From contig CAYUDX010000005.1 of assembly GCA_964443355.1 (NCBI GenBank), forward strand, positions 31,468-95,467: a DNA stretch of 64,000 bases, read 5' to 3'. Under the pieces are notes generated by a model. It ran no database searches. It saw nothing but the letters and a program-made list of their open reading frames with translations, and was not told the origin of the DNA. Position 1 is the stretch's first letter; every line of letters starts with the position of its first letter. Positions 49,024 to 59,468 of this stretch are shown piece by piece. The position numbers and the translations under genes are program-made. This DNA comes from an uncultured Spirochaetia bacterium (lineage in GTDB: Bacteria > Oederibacteriota > PGYV01 > Palsa-1178).

Positions 49024-50013
49024 TCATTCAGTCCCTGTTTTTTTCTTTGATTTAAAATCATGTTTTTTCATGTCGTCAACATTACTTATCTTCAGCACTC
49101 CGAAATAGTCCGGGATAAAGACATACAGGCTGTTTTTCCTCATTAAAATACTGGGCTGTGGAAGCTTCATAAAATCGATGCACCCGTTGGTTCCCGCGTA
49201 TCCCACACATGAGGCGGTTGAATAAAAAAGCCCGGCCCTGGAGCTGAATGCCAGTCCGGTAATGTCTTCTGTGGGATGGACAAAAAATACCTTGACTCCA
49301 CCGCCCGCCGCATCCGCCAATTCAACGACCATACGCCCCATGGCAACATAAGTTCTCTTCCCGTCCCCGGCCACGGCCGTTATAGGTTTCTTCGCGGAAA
49401 ATACCTCCCTGTAACACAGGGCGGAACCTTTGTCCCCGGCTTTTACCACGCTCCCTTTTCCGCCAAGCACATAAACGCCGTCCGTCCCGTTTTCATTGTC
49501 ATGTCCGCTCAAGTAAAGTATGTTTCCCTCTCCGGGGAATATTGAGCATTCCTTTGCCGGCAAACTTGCCAGGGGCCGCAGGCTTACGTCGATGATCCCG
49601 TTCTTATCGGGGGAGGATTTTTTATCAGGTTCGGCGATAAATTCAAGGTATTTGTCCTCCGTAAGATAAAGCATGCCGCCGTCAAGGAATGCAAACTCCT
49701 TGAACTGCGTCCCCGTCCTTAGTATAAAACCTTTGGCCATATCCGCAAGCATGTCATTGTCGCGGCTCAGCCACGGATTCCCCCCGCCATCGATGGAAAA
49801 TTGCGCTTTTATATCACCGGCATACGCAAGGTTCTTTTTATCGCGGGGAGCCATTGTCCATTCGAATTTCATCTTTGTTTTTGCCGGCAGAAGGACAAAG
49901 GCTCCGGGTAAATATTTCTTCTTTTCTGTTTTTCCGGTTTCAGCCGCCGCGGCAACCGTTGCCAGGACAAAACAACACAGGACGAGTATCGTCGGTATTA
50001 TTTTATTTTTCAT
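49024..50013 (-). CDS. Hypothetical secreted protein
   Basis: Signal peptide MKNKIIPTILVLCCFVLATVAAAA. Beta-rich, no recognised domain. Start codon abuts the stop of the upstream gene. Confidence 0.55.
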   Translation of the reverse strand: MKNKIIPTILVLCCFVLATVAAAAETGKTEKKKYLPGAFVLLPAKTKMKFEWTMAPRDKKNLAYAGDIKAQFSIDGGGNPWLSRDNDMLADMAKGFILRTGTQFKEFAFLDGGMLYLTEDKYLEFIAEPDKKSSPDKNGIIDVSLRPLASLPAKECSIFPGEGNILYLSGHDNENGTDGVYVLGGKGSVVKAGDKGSALCYREVFSAKKPITAVAGDGKRTYVAMGRMVVELADAAGGGVKVFFVHPTEDITGLAFSSRAGLFYSTASCVGYAGTNGCIDFMKLPQPSILMRKNSLYVFIPDYFGVLKISNVDDMKKHDFKSKKKTGTE

Positions 50014-51386
50014 CAGTAGGAGCCGTCCAAATTTTTCTTCTCGAATATCATGCCTTTTAATCCCTTAAAGCTATTATTTATCACCTCATCGGCTGTTTCA
50101 GAGAATGATCTTCCGCCCGTAACATCCGTGTTCACCCCTGTAAGCCCGGATACCGCCCCATTGACGCTTTCAACGTCTCGGTCGCCGACCTTGCCGGCAA
50201 AATAGGTATAAACCGCCCCGCCGGTAACAGCAACCCCGCCGGCGCCTGACAGGCTCTCGGGCAGCAGCGCCACCACGCCTCCCGGAAGTTCGCTTAAAGC
50301 TCCGGTCGCGTCGCCCTTGGAGAGGTCCTTTCCTATATTATAAACGCTTGTCAATATGCCGGCCGTTGTCGCGCCGGTATCCGCGACCTCTTCCCCGCCG
50401 CCGATAACCCCGGCTATCTTTTTACCAGTCTCTTCCGCTAAATAATCGCTGCCCGGGTCAATGGCGGTCCCGATACCTTCGGAAAGCGAGCTTATTATTT
50501 CGTCCGGTTTCCCCTGCCGGGCTGAAACTTCATCCTGCATGCCGTCGAGTTGCGCCGCGTCCGCGCTTGTACTGCCGTTACGGTTGATAACTGAATTCAG
50601 CCGCAGGCGTTCCATCTCTTCGAATGTAATATTTCCGCCGCCCAGTATCTGCGGGACACTTCCCTGTATATAGACCCCGTCCAGGTCGTTTGTATCAAAA
50701 CCCGGCGGAAGATTGGGGCCGCCGTCGGTGGGCGTCGGGGTGTCGGCCGGCGGAGGATTGTTGTTTTTGCCGTTTCCTGTATAGAACGAGGCATCTGGAA
50801 CGGACGAATCATCGCGTATAAGTTTGCTGTCGCCGCTGTTATTGTTAAAATAATTGTTGTTCAGGTATTTCATGGTCGCCTGATAAACAAAATCATTGAA
50901 AGGCATACCGCTTGTTCCGCTATTAATAAAGGAAGACATGTCGGCGTAGCCCGCCTGCAAAACCCTGGCCTCGAATGCTTCCCATTTTAAACCGTTATCA
51001 TCAGCCCAGTCGCCGGTCTCAAAAACTGGGTTGCGCGAAAAGAACGCGGTTCCCTGGACGTCGCTTTGCATGTTGGCCCGTATGGCAGATCCCGAACCGC
51101 CTGAAATTCCGCCTGTCGCGCTGACGCATTGTGAAGGGTCCTGGTCGCATGGGCCGCAGACGCAGTTACAATGATACGCAACGCCTCCATAGACATCATC
51201 CCAGGAGCCGCCGCATTGTATCAGCGCCCCCTTGGATGTGTAGCAGCCGTCGGAGACGCAATTATCCGGCGCAAAGCAGTTTGATGAAATTAAAAAGATG
51301 GATATAATACATATGATGGTAATGATAATTGTATTTTTTTTCAACATAAACCTCCAGAGGCCTTGAAACCTTATAATAATGAGCAT
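50013..51386 (-). CDS. Hypothetical secreted Cys-rich and Gly-rich protein
   Basis: Signal-anchor (alternative start MLKKNTIIITIICIISIFLISS about 39 nt downstream). Cys-rich N-terminal module (CFAPDNCVSDGC...CNCVCGPCDQDPSQC). Gly/Ala-rich C-terminus. My hand-indexing of the printed sequence disagrees by 1 nt with the table at the 5' end, so coordinates are taken from the ORF track. Confidence 0.5.
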   Translation of the reverse strand: MLIIIRFQGLWRFMLKKNTIIITIICIISIFLISSNCFAPDNCVSDGCYTSKGALIQCGGSWDDVYGGVAYHCNCVCGPCDQDPSQCVSATGGISGGSGSAIRANMQSDVQGTAFFSRNPVFETGDWADDNGLKWEAFEARVLQAGYADMSSFINSGTSGMPFNDFVYQATMKYLNNNYFNNNSGDSKLIRDDSSVPDASFYTGNGKNNNPPPADTPTPTDGGPNLPPGFDTNDLDGVYIQGSVPQILGGGNITFEEMERLRLNSVINRNGSTSADAAQLDGMQDEVSARQGKPDEIISSLSEGIGTAIDPGSDYLAEETGKKIAGVIGGGEEVADTGATTAGILTSVYNIGKDLSKGDATGALSELPGGVVALLPESLSGAGGVAVTGGAVYTYFAGKVGDRDVESVNGAVSGLTGVNTDVTGGRSFSETADEVINNSFKGLKGMIFEKKNLDGSY

Positions 51387-51535
51387 AACAGACCGTCATG
51401 TTTTTTGTCAATATTTAAAACGATGACTTTATTTATTTATGGCTTTTTTGATTTTTTTACTTGCATTTTCCATTTACCCCTTGCAAAACTCCGGTTATAA
51501 CAGTAAACTTATTGCTGTCTTCAATTAACCTTCGT

Positions 51536-51873
51536 GGGGGCGACCGGCTTCGACAGGTCTCGCGTAGGTTAAAGGAGCATGCCAGTGCCCATGCCACTGT
51601 AAAAACGTGGACAACGTAACAGCGAACAATTACGCTTTAGCAGCCTAAGCTGCACCTCTTCTACTTCTTTTGCCTGTGGGATATAGAAGGGGACCAACAA
51701 CAGGCCGCTCGGCGCCGTGGACTCCTTACGACGCCGCTAAGACCAAGGGAGAGTAGTGCCGTGTGATTCTGTCCGGTGAAGCCCGCGGCGCGAAACCAAA
51801 AACCGGAATAAGCATGTAGCAGCCTTTATCGAAACAGGTCTGGACGCGGGTTCAACTCCCGCCGCCTCCACCA
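51536..51873 (+). ncRNA. ssrA: tmRNA (SsrA); tag peptide ends ...ANNYALAA
   Basis: 5' GGGGGCGACCGGCTTCGACAGG, GCATGCC...GTAAAAA pseudoknot region, in-frame GCGAACAATTACGCTTTAGCAGCCTAA (ANNYALAA-stop). tRNA-like 3' end GGACGCGGGTTCAACTCCCGCCGCCTCCACCA pairs with the 5' end. smpB lies 1.2 kb away. Confidence 0.9.
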
Positions 51874-51917
51874 GCCTTCGCTGAAGCTTCGGCTGGCGAG
51901 CCGGCTCAGCGAATATT

Positions 51918-53015
51918 TTGCACGCTAACTTGCTCTTTCCGGCGACGGCGGGGCAAACGCCGGAATTGAACATGACTGGTTTGTTTAACTCCGTCATTCC
52001 ATGGAGGCATGCTATTCCAAACATTTATCAGCCATTTAAAAAAATATGGTGCCCGTCTCTGCTGCTTTTTTTCCTGGCCGTCCCCGCTGTAAACATGTCA
52101 GCCATGGCTAAACCTGCATATCCGGTCGTCGTCTACCTGCAGGGTGGAAATAATATAGACTTAAGCGGCCTTGCGTGGGATGACATGACACATATAGACG
52201 AAGCGTTTGCCCATGTGCGCGCCGACGGGACAATAAAAAATCGCAAAAGGAGCGGCCTTGTTTCCATTGCACATAGCAGGAACGTCCGCTGCGTTCTGAG
52301 CCTTGGCGGTATGGGCGATTCCAATGAAAACTGGAGGCAGGCTATCGGCGTTAACCGTGATGTGTTCATTAAAAACATAGTGGATTATCTTACCGTGAAT
52401 AATTACGACGGCGTCGACGTTGACTGGGAATTTCCGCGTGAGCAGGACCTGGATAATTTTACCGTTTTTATGATAAAACTCTCGGCTGCCGTTCATGCAA
52501 CCATGGGTTACGATGGAAAACCGAAAGAGATCTTATTTTGCATTTGTGAGGCGCCCGACAGCAACGGAGGTTATAACTATACCGATCTTGGAAAAACAGT
52601 CGATTATGGCGTATTAATGTCTTACAACGGCCTGCCGGCGGTTGAAAAAGCCAGTCAGACTGTTTTGAACCTGGGATTTCCGGCTGGAAAAATTTTGATA
52701 GGACTTGGGCTGTTTGACAACACGGGAACAAACACGGTAATGCGGGTAATTAATGAAGGCAATTATATCGGCTATGACGAAAGCCAGGAAGCGGCGCAAT
52801 ATTATTACAAGGGTATCACTGTGTCCGTCAACACGGCGCGATCCATCAGTGCCAGGATAAAATGGGCTTTCAGCCGCCCAACCCCGTTCCCCGGCATTGC
52901 CGTATGGCAGGCGACTTTCGCATATCCGCCATCCGACAAATCAGCCGCGGATTTATGGTCCGCCATCGGAGGATGGCATTTGTCCGCGTCCGGACCCCAA
53001 TCAGTTACACCCTAG
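51918..53015 (+). CDS. Glycoside hydrolase family 18 (chitinase-like) secreted protein
   Basis: GH18 catalytic motif DGVDVDWEFP (DxxDxDxE). Internal signal-peptide-like stretch, so the true start may be MTGLF... or later. Confidence 0.7.
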   Translation: MHANLLFPATAGQTPELNMTGLFNSVIPWRHAIPNIYQPFKKIWCPSLLLFFLAVPAVNMSAMAKPAYPVVVYLQGGNNIDLSGLAWDDMTHIDEAFAHVRADGTIKNRKRSGLVSIAHSRNVRCVLSLGGMGDSNENWRQAIGVNRDVFIKNIVDYLTVNNYDGVDVDWEFPREQDLDNFTVFMIKLSAAVHATMGYDGKPKEILFCICEAPDSNGGYNYTDLGKTVDYGVLMSYNGLPAVEKASQTVLNLGFPAGKILIGLGLFDNTGTNTVMRVINEGNYIGYDESQEAAQYYYKGITVSVNTARSISARIKWAFSRPTPFPGIAVWQATFAYPPSDKSAADLWSAIGGWHLSASGPQSVTP

Positions 53016-53053
53016 TCACCTATCTCCTATCTACTTTCTCATGCATTTGTTCT

Positions 53054-53524
53054 TTACATATTTATCCTGTATCTCGACTCTTCCCTCTCGATATCCTTCT
53101 TCTTCAGGTCCTCGCGCCTGTCGTAGAATTTCTTGTTCTTCGCCATGGCTATCTCCACTTTCACCTTGCCGTGCTTGAAATACATCGAGAGCGGTATTAT
53201 TGACAGCCCTTTTTTGTTCATCTTACCTATGAGCTTGTTTATCTCGGAACGGTTGAGCAGCAGTTTCCTGTCCCTTAGCGGGTCGTGGTTGTTGACGTTG
53301 CCGTGCGAATAAGGCGATATGTGGGCGTTCATGAGGTATACCTCTTCCCCGAATATCCTCGCGAACGCGTCCTTTATGTCCACCCTGCCGGCGCGGATGG
53401 ATTTTACTTCGGTGCCCTGCAGGGCTATTCCCGCTTCGTATGTTTCCAGGACCTCGTAATCGTGGAACGCCTTCCTGTTCTTTATTATAAGCTTGCTCTC
53501 GTCTTTTATTTTTTTATCTTCCAT
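53054..53524 (-). CDS. smpB: SsrA-binding protein
   Basis: 156 aa SmpB family (…[29 protein letters not shown]…). Adjacent to ssrA. Confidence 0.9.
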   Translation of the reverse strand: MEDKKIKDESKLIIKNRKAFHDYEVLETYEAGIALQGTEVKSIRAGRVDIKDAFARIFGEEVYLMNAHISPYSHGNVNNHDPLRDRKLLLNRSEINKLIGKMNKKGLSIIPLSMYFKHGKVKVEIAMAKNKKFYDRREDLKKKDIEREESRYRINM

Positions 53525-53525
53525 G

Positions 53526-56500
53526 TCACTTTACCACCACTATTTTTGTTTCGAACTGCTGGTTCCCGTTTATCTTCAATATTCCGTAATATACCCCGTT
53601 CACTATCAGGCTCCCGTCGTCATTCCTGCCGTCCCACATAAGCCTGTAAATTGTCCCTCCTGTTTCCTGTTTTTCCTCGAACATGGTCTTTACTTTCCTG
53701 CCTATGAGGTCGTATATTTTCAGGGACACTTTCGAATCGGCAGGCAAATAAAACTGTATGGTTGTAAGCGCGCTGCCCGCCTTAAACGGGTTCGGATAAT
53801 TGTAGAAACTCCCGCTAAGGTCGGTTTCTATGATATTAATATCGTCTGTCTTGAACGGGAAAGGGCTTGAAGCCGGGTCTGCATAAATGCTTGTCCCGTC
53901 CAGTTTCTGCATCACTACATCCATTGGCCCGTCTATTGTAGCGAAGAAGGATCCTCCCGGAGCATTCGGTGAAATGTCAAAATAGAGTTTCATATCAACG
54001 CTCTGCATCGGCCCCGCCATTATACCGGCCGGGACGAAGACCTGTTTTGTCGCCCCCCATCCGGTAATGCTCAACGTATTGCCGGACGCGTCCATTGCTG
54101 TTACCGCCTGGACAGCCTGATTTACCGCAGAGCTTGCCGACATGGTAACTCCCATAAGCTCAAACTGGGCCCCGCCGGAATTCGGGTTTGTCATAAATAT
54201 GTCCATCATATACACATTTTTCATTCCCCTTACGGCAGAACTGACTTTCTTAATGGTATATGTGACCACTGCCGCGTTGCCAAAGCCGGTTACTGTAACA
54301 GGTATGGGCAGCGAATCCGCCGTGCCGTAGCCGCCGCTCAAATCCGTGGCGGTTATTGTGTAGAATAGCCCCTCCTTGAGGAATTTTACATAGAACTGCG
54401 CCTCTCCCGTGGAGAGATTCTTTGACGAGTCGAGTATGGTCCACTGCGCCTGCGACGATGTAATGGCTATGAAATCGGATGAAGGATAGGTGGTCCAGGA
54501 ATTCTCCTCCACCGATCTTACGGTTATTGTCACAGCCTGCCCCGCTTCCTCGATTATAGGCGTGCCTGCATATCCAGGGGCCGACGCGGCATATGATTCT
54601 CCCGGGGCTATTACTATCAAACCTATACGCGGCGTAACAGTCGGCGTCACTGTCGATGTGAAAGTCTGCGTAAAAGTGGGCGTCGCTGTCTGTGTAATGG
54701 TCAGTGTGACGGTTGTCGTCGGGGTGCCAGTCTGCGTGACCGTCGGCGTTACGGTCTGTGTTACGGTAAAGGTCGGCGTTCCCGTGGGAGTCACCGTCTG
54801 TGTGACTGTCATGGTTGCCGTAAAGGTCGGCGTATGCGTCGGCGTTATTGTCTGCGTAACCGTTTGTGTATACGTAAAAGTGTCTGTGAATGTGGGGGTT
54901 GCCGTCTGTGTCACTGTCGGAGTTGCCGTCTGGGTCACTGTTTTTGTGGCTGTCGGAGTTGCTGTCTGGGTTTCTGTTGGCGTTACCGTCTGTGTAACTG
55001 TCTGCGTGACGGTCTGGGTTACCGTAGCAGTCACTGTTTTTGTAACGGTCTGCGTCGCCGTGTATGTCGGAGTATCGGTCGGGGTTGCCGTCTGAGTGAC
55101 CGTGTATGTAGGCGTCACCGTCTGCGTAACCGTCGATGTAGGCGTTGAAATAACCACTATCTGGGAGAAACCATTTGGAGTGGTCCCTGCCGCGTCAATA
55201 AGGGCGTTCATGTTACAGCCGTAATATTTGTCGCCTGCGGAAGAAACCGCCCCGAATGTTATCACGTCATAATACTGCGCAGAAAGCGAGTTCCAGCCCG
55301 AAGAGTACGTCACCACAATATTTCCTCCCGGCGTGGTGACTGTCCCTGAATCCTGGCTGATGGGAAGCCCGGAAAGAGAAACCCCGGCCGGCACGTTTAT
55401 CTGCACCTGCGTAATGGGTCCGTCGCCGTTTGCGACAACCCTGTATGAATAAAACACCGTATCTCCCGATACTGCGGAATTCGGCAGAATATATGAAAGA
55501 GCCGCGGGAGTGGAGGTGTTTGTGACGGTTACCGTGGGCGTAGCCGTCTGTGTTATTGTCGGAGTCACTGTCTGCGTTGCCGTCAGGGTAATTGTCTGGG
55601 TAACGGTATTTGTAACCGTCTGCGTTACCGTGGGAGTCACAGTTGACGTTACTGTCTGTGTGGCTGTAGGCGTTGCGCTCTGTGTCACGGTTGAAGTGGG
55701 CGTCACTGTCGGCGTTACGGTCTGCGTCACGGTTGAAGTCGGGGTTGTTGTTTCAGTCACTGTGGGAGTTACCGTGGGTGTCGCTGTTTTCGTAACTGTC
55801 GGAGTTACAGTAGGCGTCACAGTCTGCGTTATCGTCTGCGTAACGGTCTGGGTCTCTGTCGGTGTTACAGTCTGTGTAACCGTGGGAGTTACCGTCTGGG
55901 TAACCGTTAATGTGGGAGTAACCGTTGGCGTTACCGTCTGGGTCACTGTCTGCGTGTCGGTAATGGTTATTGTGGGCGTGACCGTTTCCGTCACGGTCGG
56001 CGTTACTGTCCGGGTCACTGTCGGTGTCACGGTCTGGGTGGATGTCGGCGTGATTGTCTGCGTTACAGTCTGTGTGGCCGTTTGTGTCACGGTTGGTGTG
56101 ACTGTCTGCGTTGTTGTAAGGGTTATCGTCGGCGTTACAGTTTCGGTCACGGTTGGCGTCACTGTTTCGGTCACGGTCGGCGTCACTGTTTTAGTGACAG
56201 TTTCCGTAACTGTGGGCGTTACAGTCCGGGTCACGGTCGTTGTGACTGTCTGTGTAACCGTCTGGGTTATGGTCTGGGTTGCCGTCTGTGTAACTGTCCA
56301 GGTTACAGTGGGCGTTATTGTCGGAGTTGATGTCATGGTCACTGTATATGTCGGGGTCGGTGTGTATGTGCAGAAACCCGATAACACAATAAAATTATTT
56401 ACAGAAGCCGTCGCAAGCGCCGCAACGGAAGAGTTAACGGCTATTCCGACCCAGTAAACGCTGTTCATTGCCACTATAATGGAACCCACCGGTATCCAGT

Positions 56501-58448
56501 TTGTTCCGTCGGTGGAATAATATGTCCCGAAAGTATTTCCGCTCCTGGTCAACCTTACATAGCCTGTTGAACCGTTGACAAAAGTTCCGGCGCCAGTTGT
56601 GACCGAGGTGCTTCCCGCACCTGTCGCCGTCCTCTTTATCATGTTATAAACGCCGGACCTCTGCGCTCCTATGAAGACATGCGTCGAGTTGGCCTGGAGG
56701 GTTTCCCTCATCATGAGCCCGACCTTGCTGTTATTATTCGTGTTTGAAATTGAATTTATTACAAGGGTTACGTCCATGTCCCCTGTCACGGGCTGGTAAA
56801 CGTAACGGAAAGTGTCGCTCGCACCGGCGGAAAGGTTTGTGGCTCCGCCGCCCATTATCGTAAGAGAGGTTGTCTCAACCTGGGAACCTGCGGCTACCAC
56901 CCCTATGTCGGAGGCCTGCCATGCAGGGTCAAGGCTGGAATTGCCGAACGTGTCCGATATAACGCACTGCGGCACTATGGATGTCCAGGTCGGCGTAATT
57001 GTCTGCGTGGCCGTGAATGTCGGTGTCACGGTAAAAGTTGGCGTTGATGTTGGCGTCCCGGTCTGGGTAACAGTGGTGGTTATGCTTGAAGTCACGGTTG
57101 GCGTCGCGGTTGATGTTATTGTTCCGGTTACCGTCTGTGTTTCCGTCGGCGTCACGGTCTCGGTGACCGTGGGCGTAATTGTCTGTGTCACGCTCGGCGT
57201 TTCCGTCGGCGTCGATGTGGGCGTCACCGACTGCGTGCCGGTGGCCGTTACCGTCGGCGTTATTGATTGCGTAACCGTCTGTGTCGCGCTCGGCGTGAAG
57301 GTAGCCGTGACCGTATTGGTGACCGTCATGGTGACGGTCGAAGTCGGCGTTCCCGTGTAAGTCGGCATCAAAACGTTAACGCTCTGTGAGAATCCGTTCG
57401 GCGTGGTTGCCGCGTAAGCGTCGTTTATTATTGATGAGAAAAGCTTGCTTCCGCCGTTCAAAACGGCTGAAAATGTTATGTCGTCAAAGTTAGGATTTGA
57501 AAAATTGTTCCATTCATTGCCCGAGTATGAAACCACTATGTTCCCGCCCGGCTGGGTTACAGTCCCACCCCTGGCGCTTACCGGCAGTGAAACAACATTC
57601 ACGCCAGGCGGAATTATTATAAGTATCTTTGCGATCGGCCCGTCGCCGGCGGCGCTTAAATGATATATAAATACCGTTGTATCCCCGGCCGTGGCCTGCG
57701 CCGGCTCTATATATGCGTATGCGGCCGGAGTGGATGTAAATGTCGGGGTAATGGTCGTAGTAACCGTCGGGGTATAAGTGGCCGTGACGGTCATCGTTAT
57801 GGTGGATGTGTCGGCGGCCGTTTCGGAATAAGTCGGCGTCACAGTCCTGGATGGCGTGGATGAAGCGGTCGGCGTGAAGGTCTGTGTCTGCAATGTATAA
57901 TCGACCACGAGGTAAACGTAGTCCACAAGAAAATCGGTAAACGCCGTGCCCTCCGGCCTCATGACAATCCCGAAAGAATTTATTTTCTGTGCGGTCCATG
58001 TGCCCAGCCCGGTCAGGTCTATTTCCGTCGCCTGGCTTGAATTGGACATCGGTTTCTGGTCGTGGTCGTCGTTGATGCTTCCGCCGTTCCACGTGATTCC
58101 ACCGTCCATTGTGTAATTGAACCCGATCGCGTCCGCGGCGAGTGTTCCCGTGGAATAATTCAATACCCTTAATTTTACGGAGTTAATGTTGACTTCGTCC
58201 AGCGGAAGGCCGTCAAATAGCGTGAAAATATTGGAGCTGTTTGACTGGCTGTCGGCGAACATGAAATCAGGGGCCGTGATATACTGGGAATTGTTCCATG
58301 ACGGGTCGTCCGTCTGCCCCGGCATGGAGCCGGTGGAGGATAAATTAATGACGGCAGCATTAATTAATGGAAAAAACAACGCCAGAACGGCGCAAATTAC
58401 GGAGCCCCTCTTTAAAACAGCCTTGAGAAAGAAATTTTTTGAAGGCAA
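53526..58448 (-). CDS. Giant (1640 aa) cell-surface protein with ConA/LamG-like domain, two repeated about 120-aa domains, very long Thr-x-Thr ([11 protein letters not shown]) repeats and T9SS C-terminal sorting domain
   Basis: Signal peptide. C-terminal [39 protein letters not shown]...[22 protein letters not shown] is a strong Por_Secre_tail match. DNA between about 54.5 and 57.4 kb is a 9-nt periodic repeat (ACN GTN ACN). Confidence 0.7.
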   Translation of the reverse strand: MPSKNFFLKAVLKRGSVICAVLALFFPLINAAVINLSSTGSMPGQTDDPSWNNSQYITAPDFMFADSQSNSSNIFTLFDGLPLDEVNINSVKLRVLNYSTGTLAADAIGFNYTMDGGITWNGGSINDDHDQKPMSNSSQATEIDLTGLGTWTAQKINSFGIVMRPEGTAFTDFLVDYVYLVVDYTLQTQTFTPTASSTPSRTVTPTYSETAADTSTITMTVTATYTPTVTTTITPTFTSTPAAYAYIEPAQATAGDTTVFIYHLSAAGDGPIAKILIIIPPGVNVVSLPVSARGGTVTQPGGNIVVSYSGNEWNNFSNPNFDDITFSAVLNGGSKLFSSIINDAYAATTPNGFSQSVNVLMPTYTGTPTSTVTMTVTNTVTATFTPSATQTVTQSITPTVTATGTQSVTPTSTPTETPSVTQTITPTVTETVTPTETQTVTGTITSTATPTVTSSITTTVTQTGTPTSTPTFTVTPTFTATQTITPTWTSIVPQCVISDTFGNSSLDPAWQASDIGVVAAGSQVETTSLTIMGGGATNLSAGASDTFRYVYQPVTGDMDVTLVINSISNTNNNSKVGLMMRETLQANSTHVFIGAQRSGVYNMIKRTATGAGSTSVTTGAGTFVNGSTGYVRLTRSGNTFGTYYSTDGTNWIPVGSIIVAMNSVYWVGIAVNSSVAALATASVNNFIVLSGFCTYTPTPTYTVTMTSTPTITPTVTWTVTQTATQTITQTVTQTVTTTVTRTVTPTVTETVTKTVTPTVTETVTPTVTETVTPTITLTTTQTVTPTVTQTATQTVTQTITPTSTQTVTPTVTRTVTPTVTETVTPTITITDTQTVTQTVTPTVTPTLTVTQTVTPTVTQTVTPTETQTVTQTITQTVTPTVTPTVTKTATPTVTPTVTETTTPTSTVTQTVTPTVTPTSTVTQSATPTATQTVTSTVTPTVTQTVTNTVTQTITLTATQTVTPTITQTATPTVTVTNTSTPAALSYILPNSAVSGDTVFYSYRVVANGDGPITQVQINVPAGVSLSGLPISQDSGTVTTPGGNIVVTYSSGWNSLSAQYYDVITFGAVSSAGDKYYGCNMNALIDAAGTTPNGFSQIVVISTPTSTVTQTVTPTYTVTQTATPTDTPTYTATQTVTKTVTATVTQTVTQTVTQTVTPTETQTATPTATKTVTQTATPTVTQTATPTFTDTFTYTQTVTQTITPTHTPTFTATMTVTQTVTPTGTPTFTVTQTVTPTVTQTGTPTTTVTLTITQTATPTFTQTFTSTVTPTVTPRIGLIVIAPGESYAASAPGYAGTPIIEEAGQAVTITVRSVEENSWTTYPSSDFIAITSSQAQWTILDSSKNLSTGEAQFYVKFLKEGLFYTITATDLSGGYGTADSLPIPVTVTGFGNAAVVTYTIKKVSSAVRGMKNVYMMDIFMTNPNSGGAQFELMGVTMSASSAVNQAVQAVTAMDASGNTLSITGWGATKQVFVPAGIMAGPMQSVDMKLYFDISPNAPGGSFFATIDGPMDVVMQKLDGTSIYADPASSPFPFKTDDINIIETDLSGSFYNYPNPFKAGSALTTIQFYLPADSKVSLKIYDLIGRKVKTMFEEKQETGGTIYRLMWDGRNDDGSLIVNGVYYGILKINGNQQFETKIVVVK

Positions 58449-58586
58449 TATTATCCCTTTTCCCTGGTTTTCCCGGCGCCTTATTCATTAAAACAGGGGT
58501 TATTGTCCCTTATTTTGGCGGCACCCTTCATTATTATACAATTATACACCAGGGAAAAATTAAATAAAAGCTGTATTTTGGCGTGG

Positions 58587-59468
58587 CTATCGGCCCCTTT
58601 TGGAATGCGGATGGGCCCTGTCATAGTCGGATTTGAGCTTATTAATGGAAAGGTGCGTGTATATCTGGGTGGTGGATAGGTTGGCGTGTCCGAGCATTTC
58701 CTGGACGCTCCTTAGGTCCGCACCCCTGTTCAAAAGGTGGGTGGCGAAAGAGTGCCTCAGCGTGTGGGGCGTTACTTTTTTTTGAATGCCGGCCTTGATC
58801 GCGTATTTTCTTATCATCATTTCAACGGCGCGCGGGGTAAGCCTGCCCTTGTTCTTGTTTATAAAAAGGGGCTCCCCGGCGGAAAATACCCTTAATTCCC
58901 TTATATAATCCTTCAGGACTTCGAGGGCCTTGCCGCCTACGGGCACGATGCGCTCCTTTGAGCCCTTGCCCAGGACTTTTATCTCCTCGTTGACAAAATC
59001 AACCCCGCGTATGTCCAGCGAAGTTATTTCGTGCACCCTTATGCCGGAGGAATAAAGCAGCTCCATTATTGCGGAATCCCTGAGCGTGAAAAAACTTTCC
59101 TTTCCCGGGGCGTTAAGCAGGGCTGAGGTTTCCGTCTCCGTGAGTACGCCGGGAAGTTTCTTGTCGTCCTTGGGTGTGAGCAGGTAAACAAAGGGGTTGC
59201 TCGGCGCTGTTTTTTGCCTGACAAGGTATTTGTAGAAATTACGCGCGGAAATTATCTTGTGGATGACCGAGGTCCTGTCGTATTTTTTTTTGTTCAGGAA
59301 CTCGAGGTATTCCCTGGCCCTGTCCGGGGTTATATCCGTGGTTTGCCCTGTGAATTCCAGGAATTGCAAAATGTCCCTGCTGTAGCTTTTGACGGTGTTT
59401 TCCGAGTAATTCCTTTCATTGGAAAGATAGTTAATGTAGGCGGCGAGGGGTCCCGCTTTTTTATTCAT
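58587..59468 (-). CDS. xerC: Tyrosine recombinase XerC/XerD family
   Basis: N-terminal SAM-like domain and C-terminal catalytic HxxR...Y region (HTLRHSFATHLL...LGHANLSTTQIYTH). Lies in a dprA-topA-xer string. Confidence 0.85.
   Translation of the reverse strand: MNKKAGPLAAYINYLSNERNYSENTVKSYSRDILQFLEFTGQTTDITPDRAREYLEFLNKKKYDRTSVIHKIISARNFYKYLVRQKTAPSNPFVYLLTPKDDKKLPGVLTETETSALLNAPGKESFFTLRDSAIMELLYSSGIRVHEITSLDIRGVDFVNEEIKVLGKGSKERIVPVGGKALEVLKDYIRELRVFSAGEPLFINKNKGRLTPRAVEMMIRKYAIKAGIQKKVTPHTLRHSFATHLLNRGADLRSVQEMLGHANLSTTQIYTHLSINKLKSDYDRAHPHSKRGR

Noticed and set aside
54490-57360. Plus-strand ORFs translating to VGVTVCVTV... (54490..55095, 54834..55148, 55510..56457, 56082..56330, 56812..57360)
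   Set aside because: They lie entirely inside the 9-nt periodic repeat tract of the minus-strand 1640-aa gene and are its antisense reading frames. Their pure Val/Gly/Thr/Cys low-complexity translations are not real proteins.
58587-59468. XerC-like integrase near tmRNA as evidence of a genomic island
   Set aside because: xerC sits in a conserved housekeeping dprA-topA-xerC arrangement (as in many Firmicutes-like and other genomes) and is 6.7 kb from ssrA. The intervening genes are GH18, smpB and the surface protein, not island cargo. The tmRNA-like 17-mers elsewhere are noted separately as a finding.
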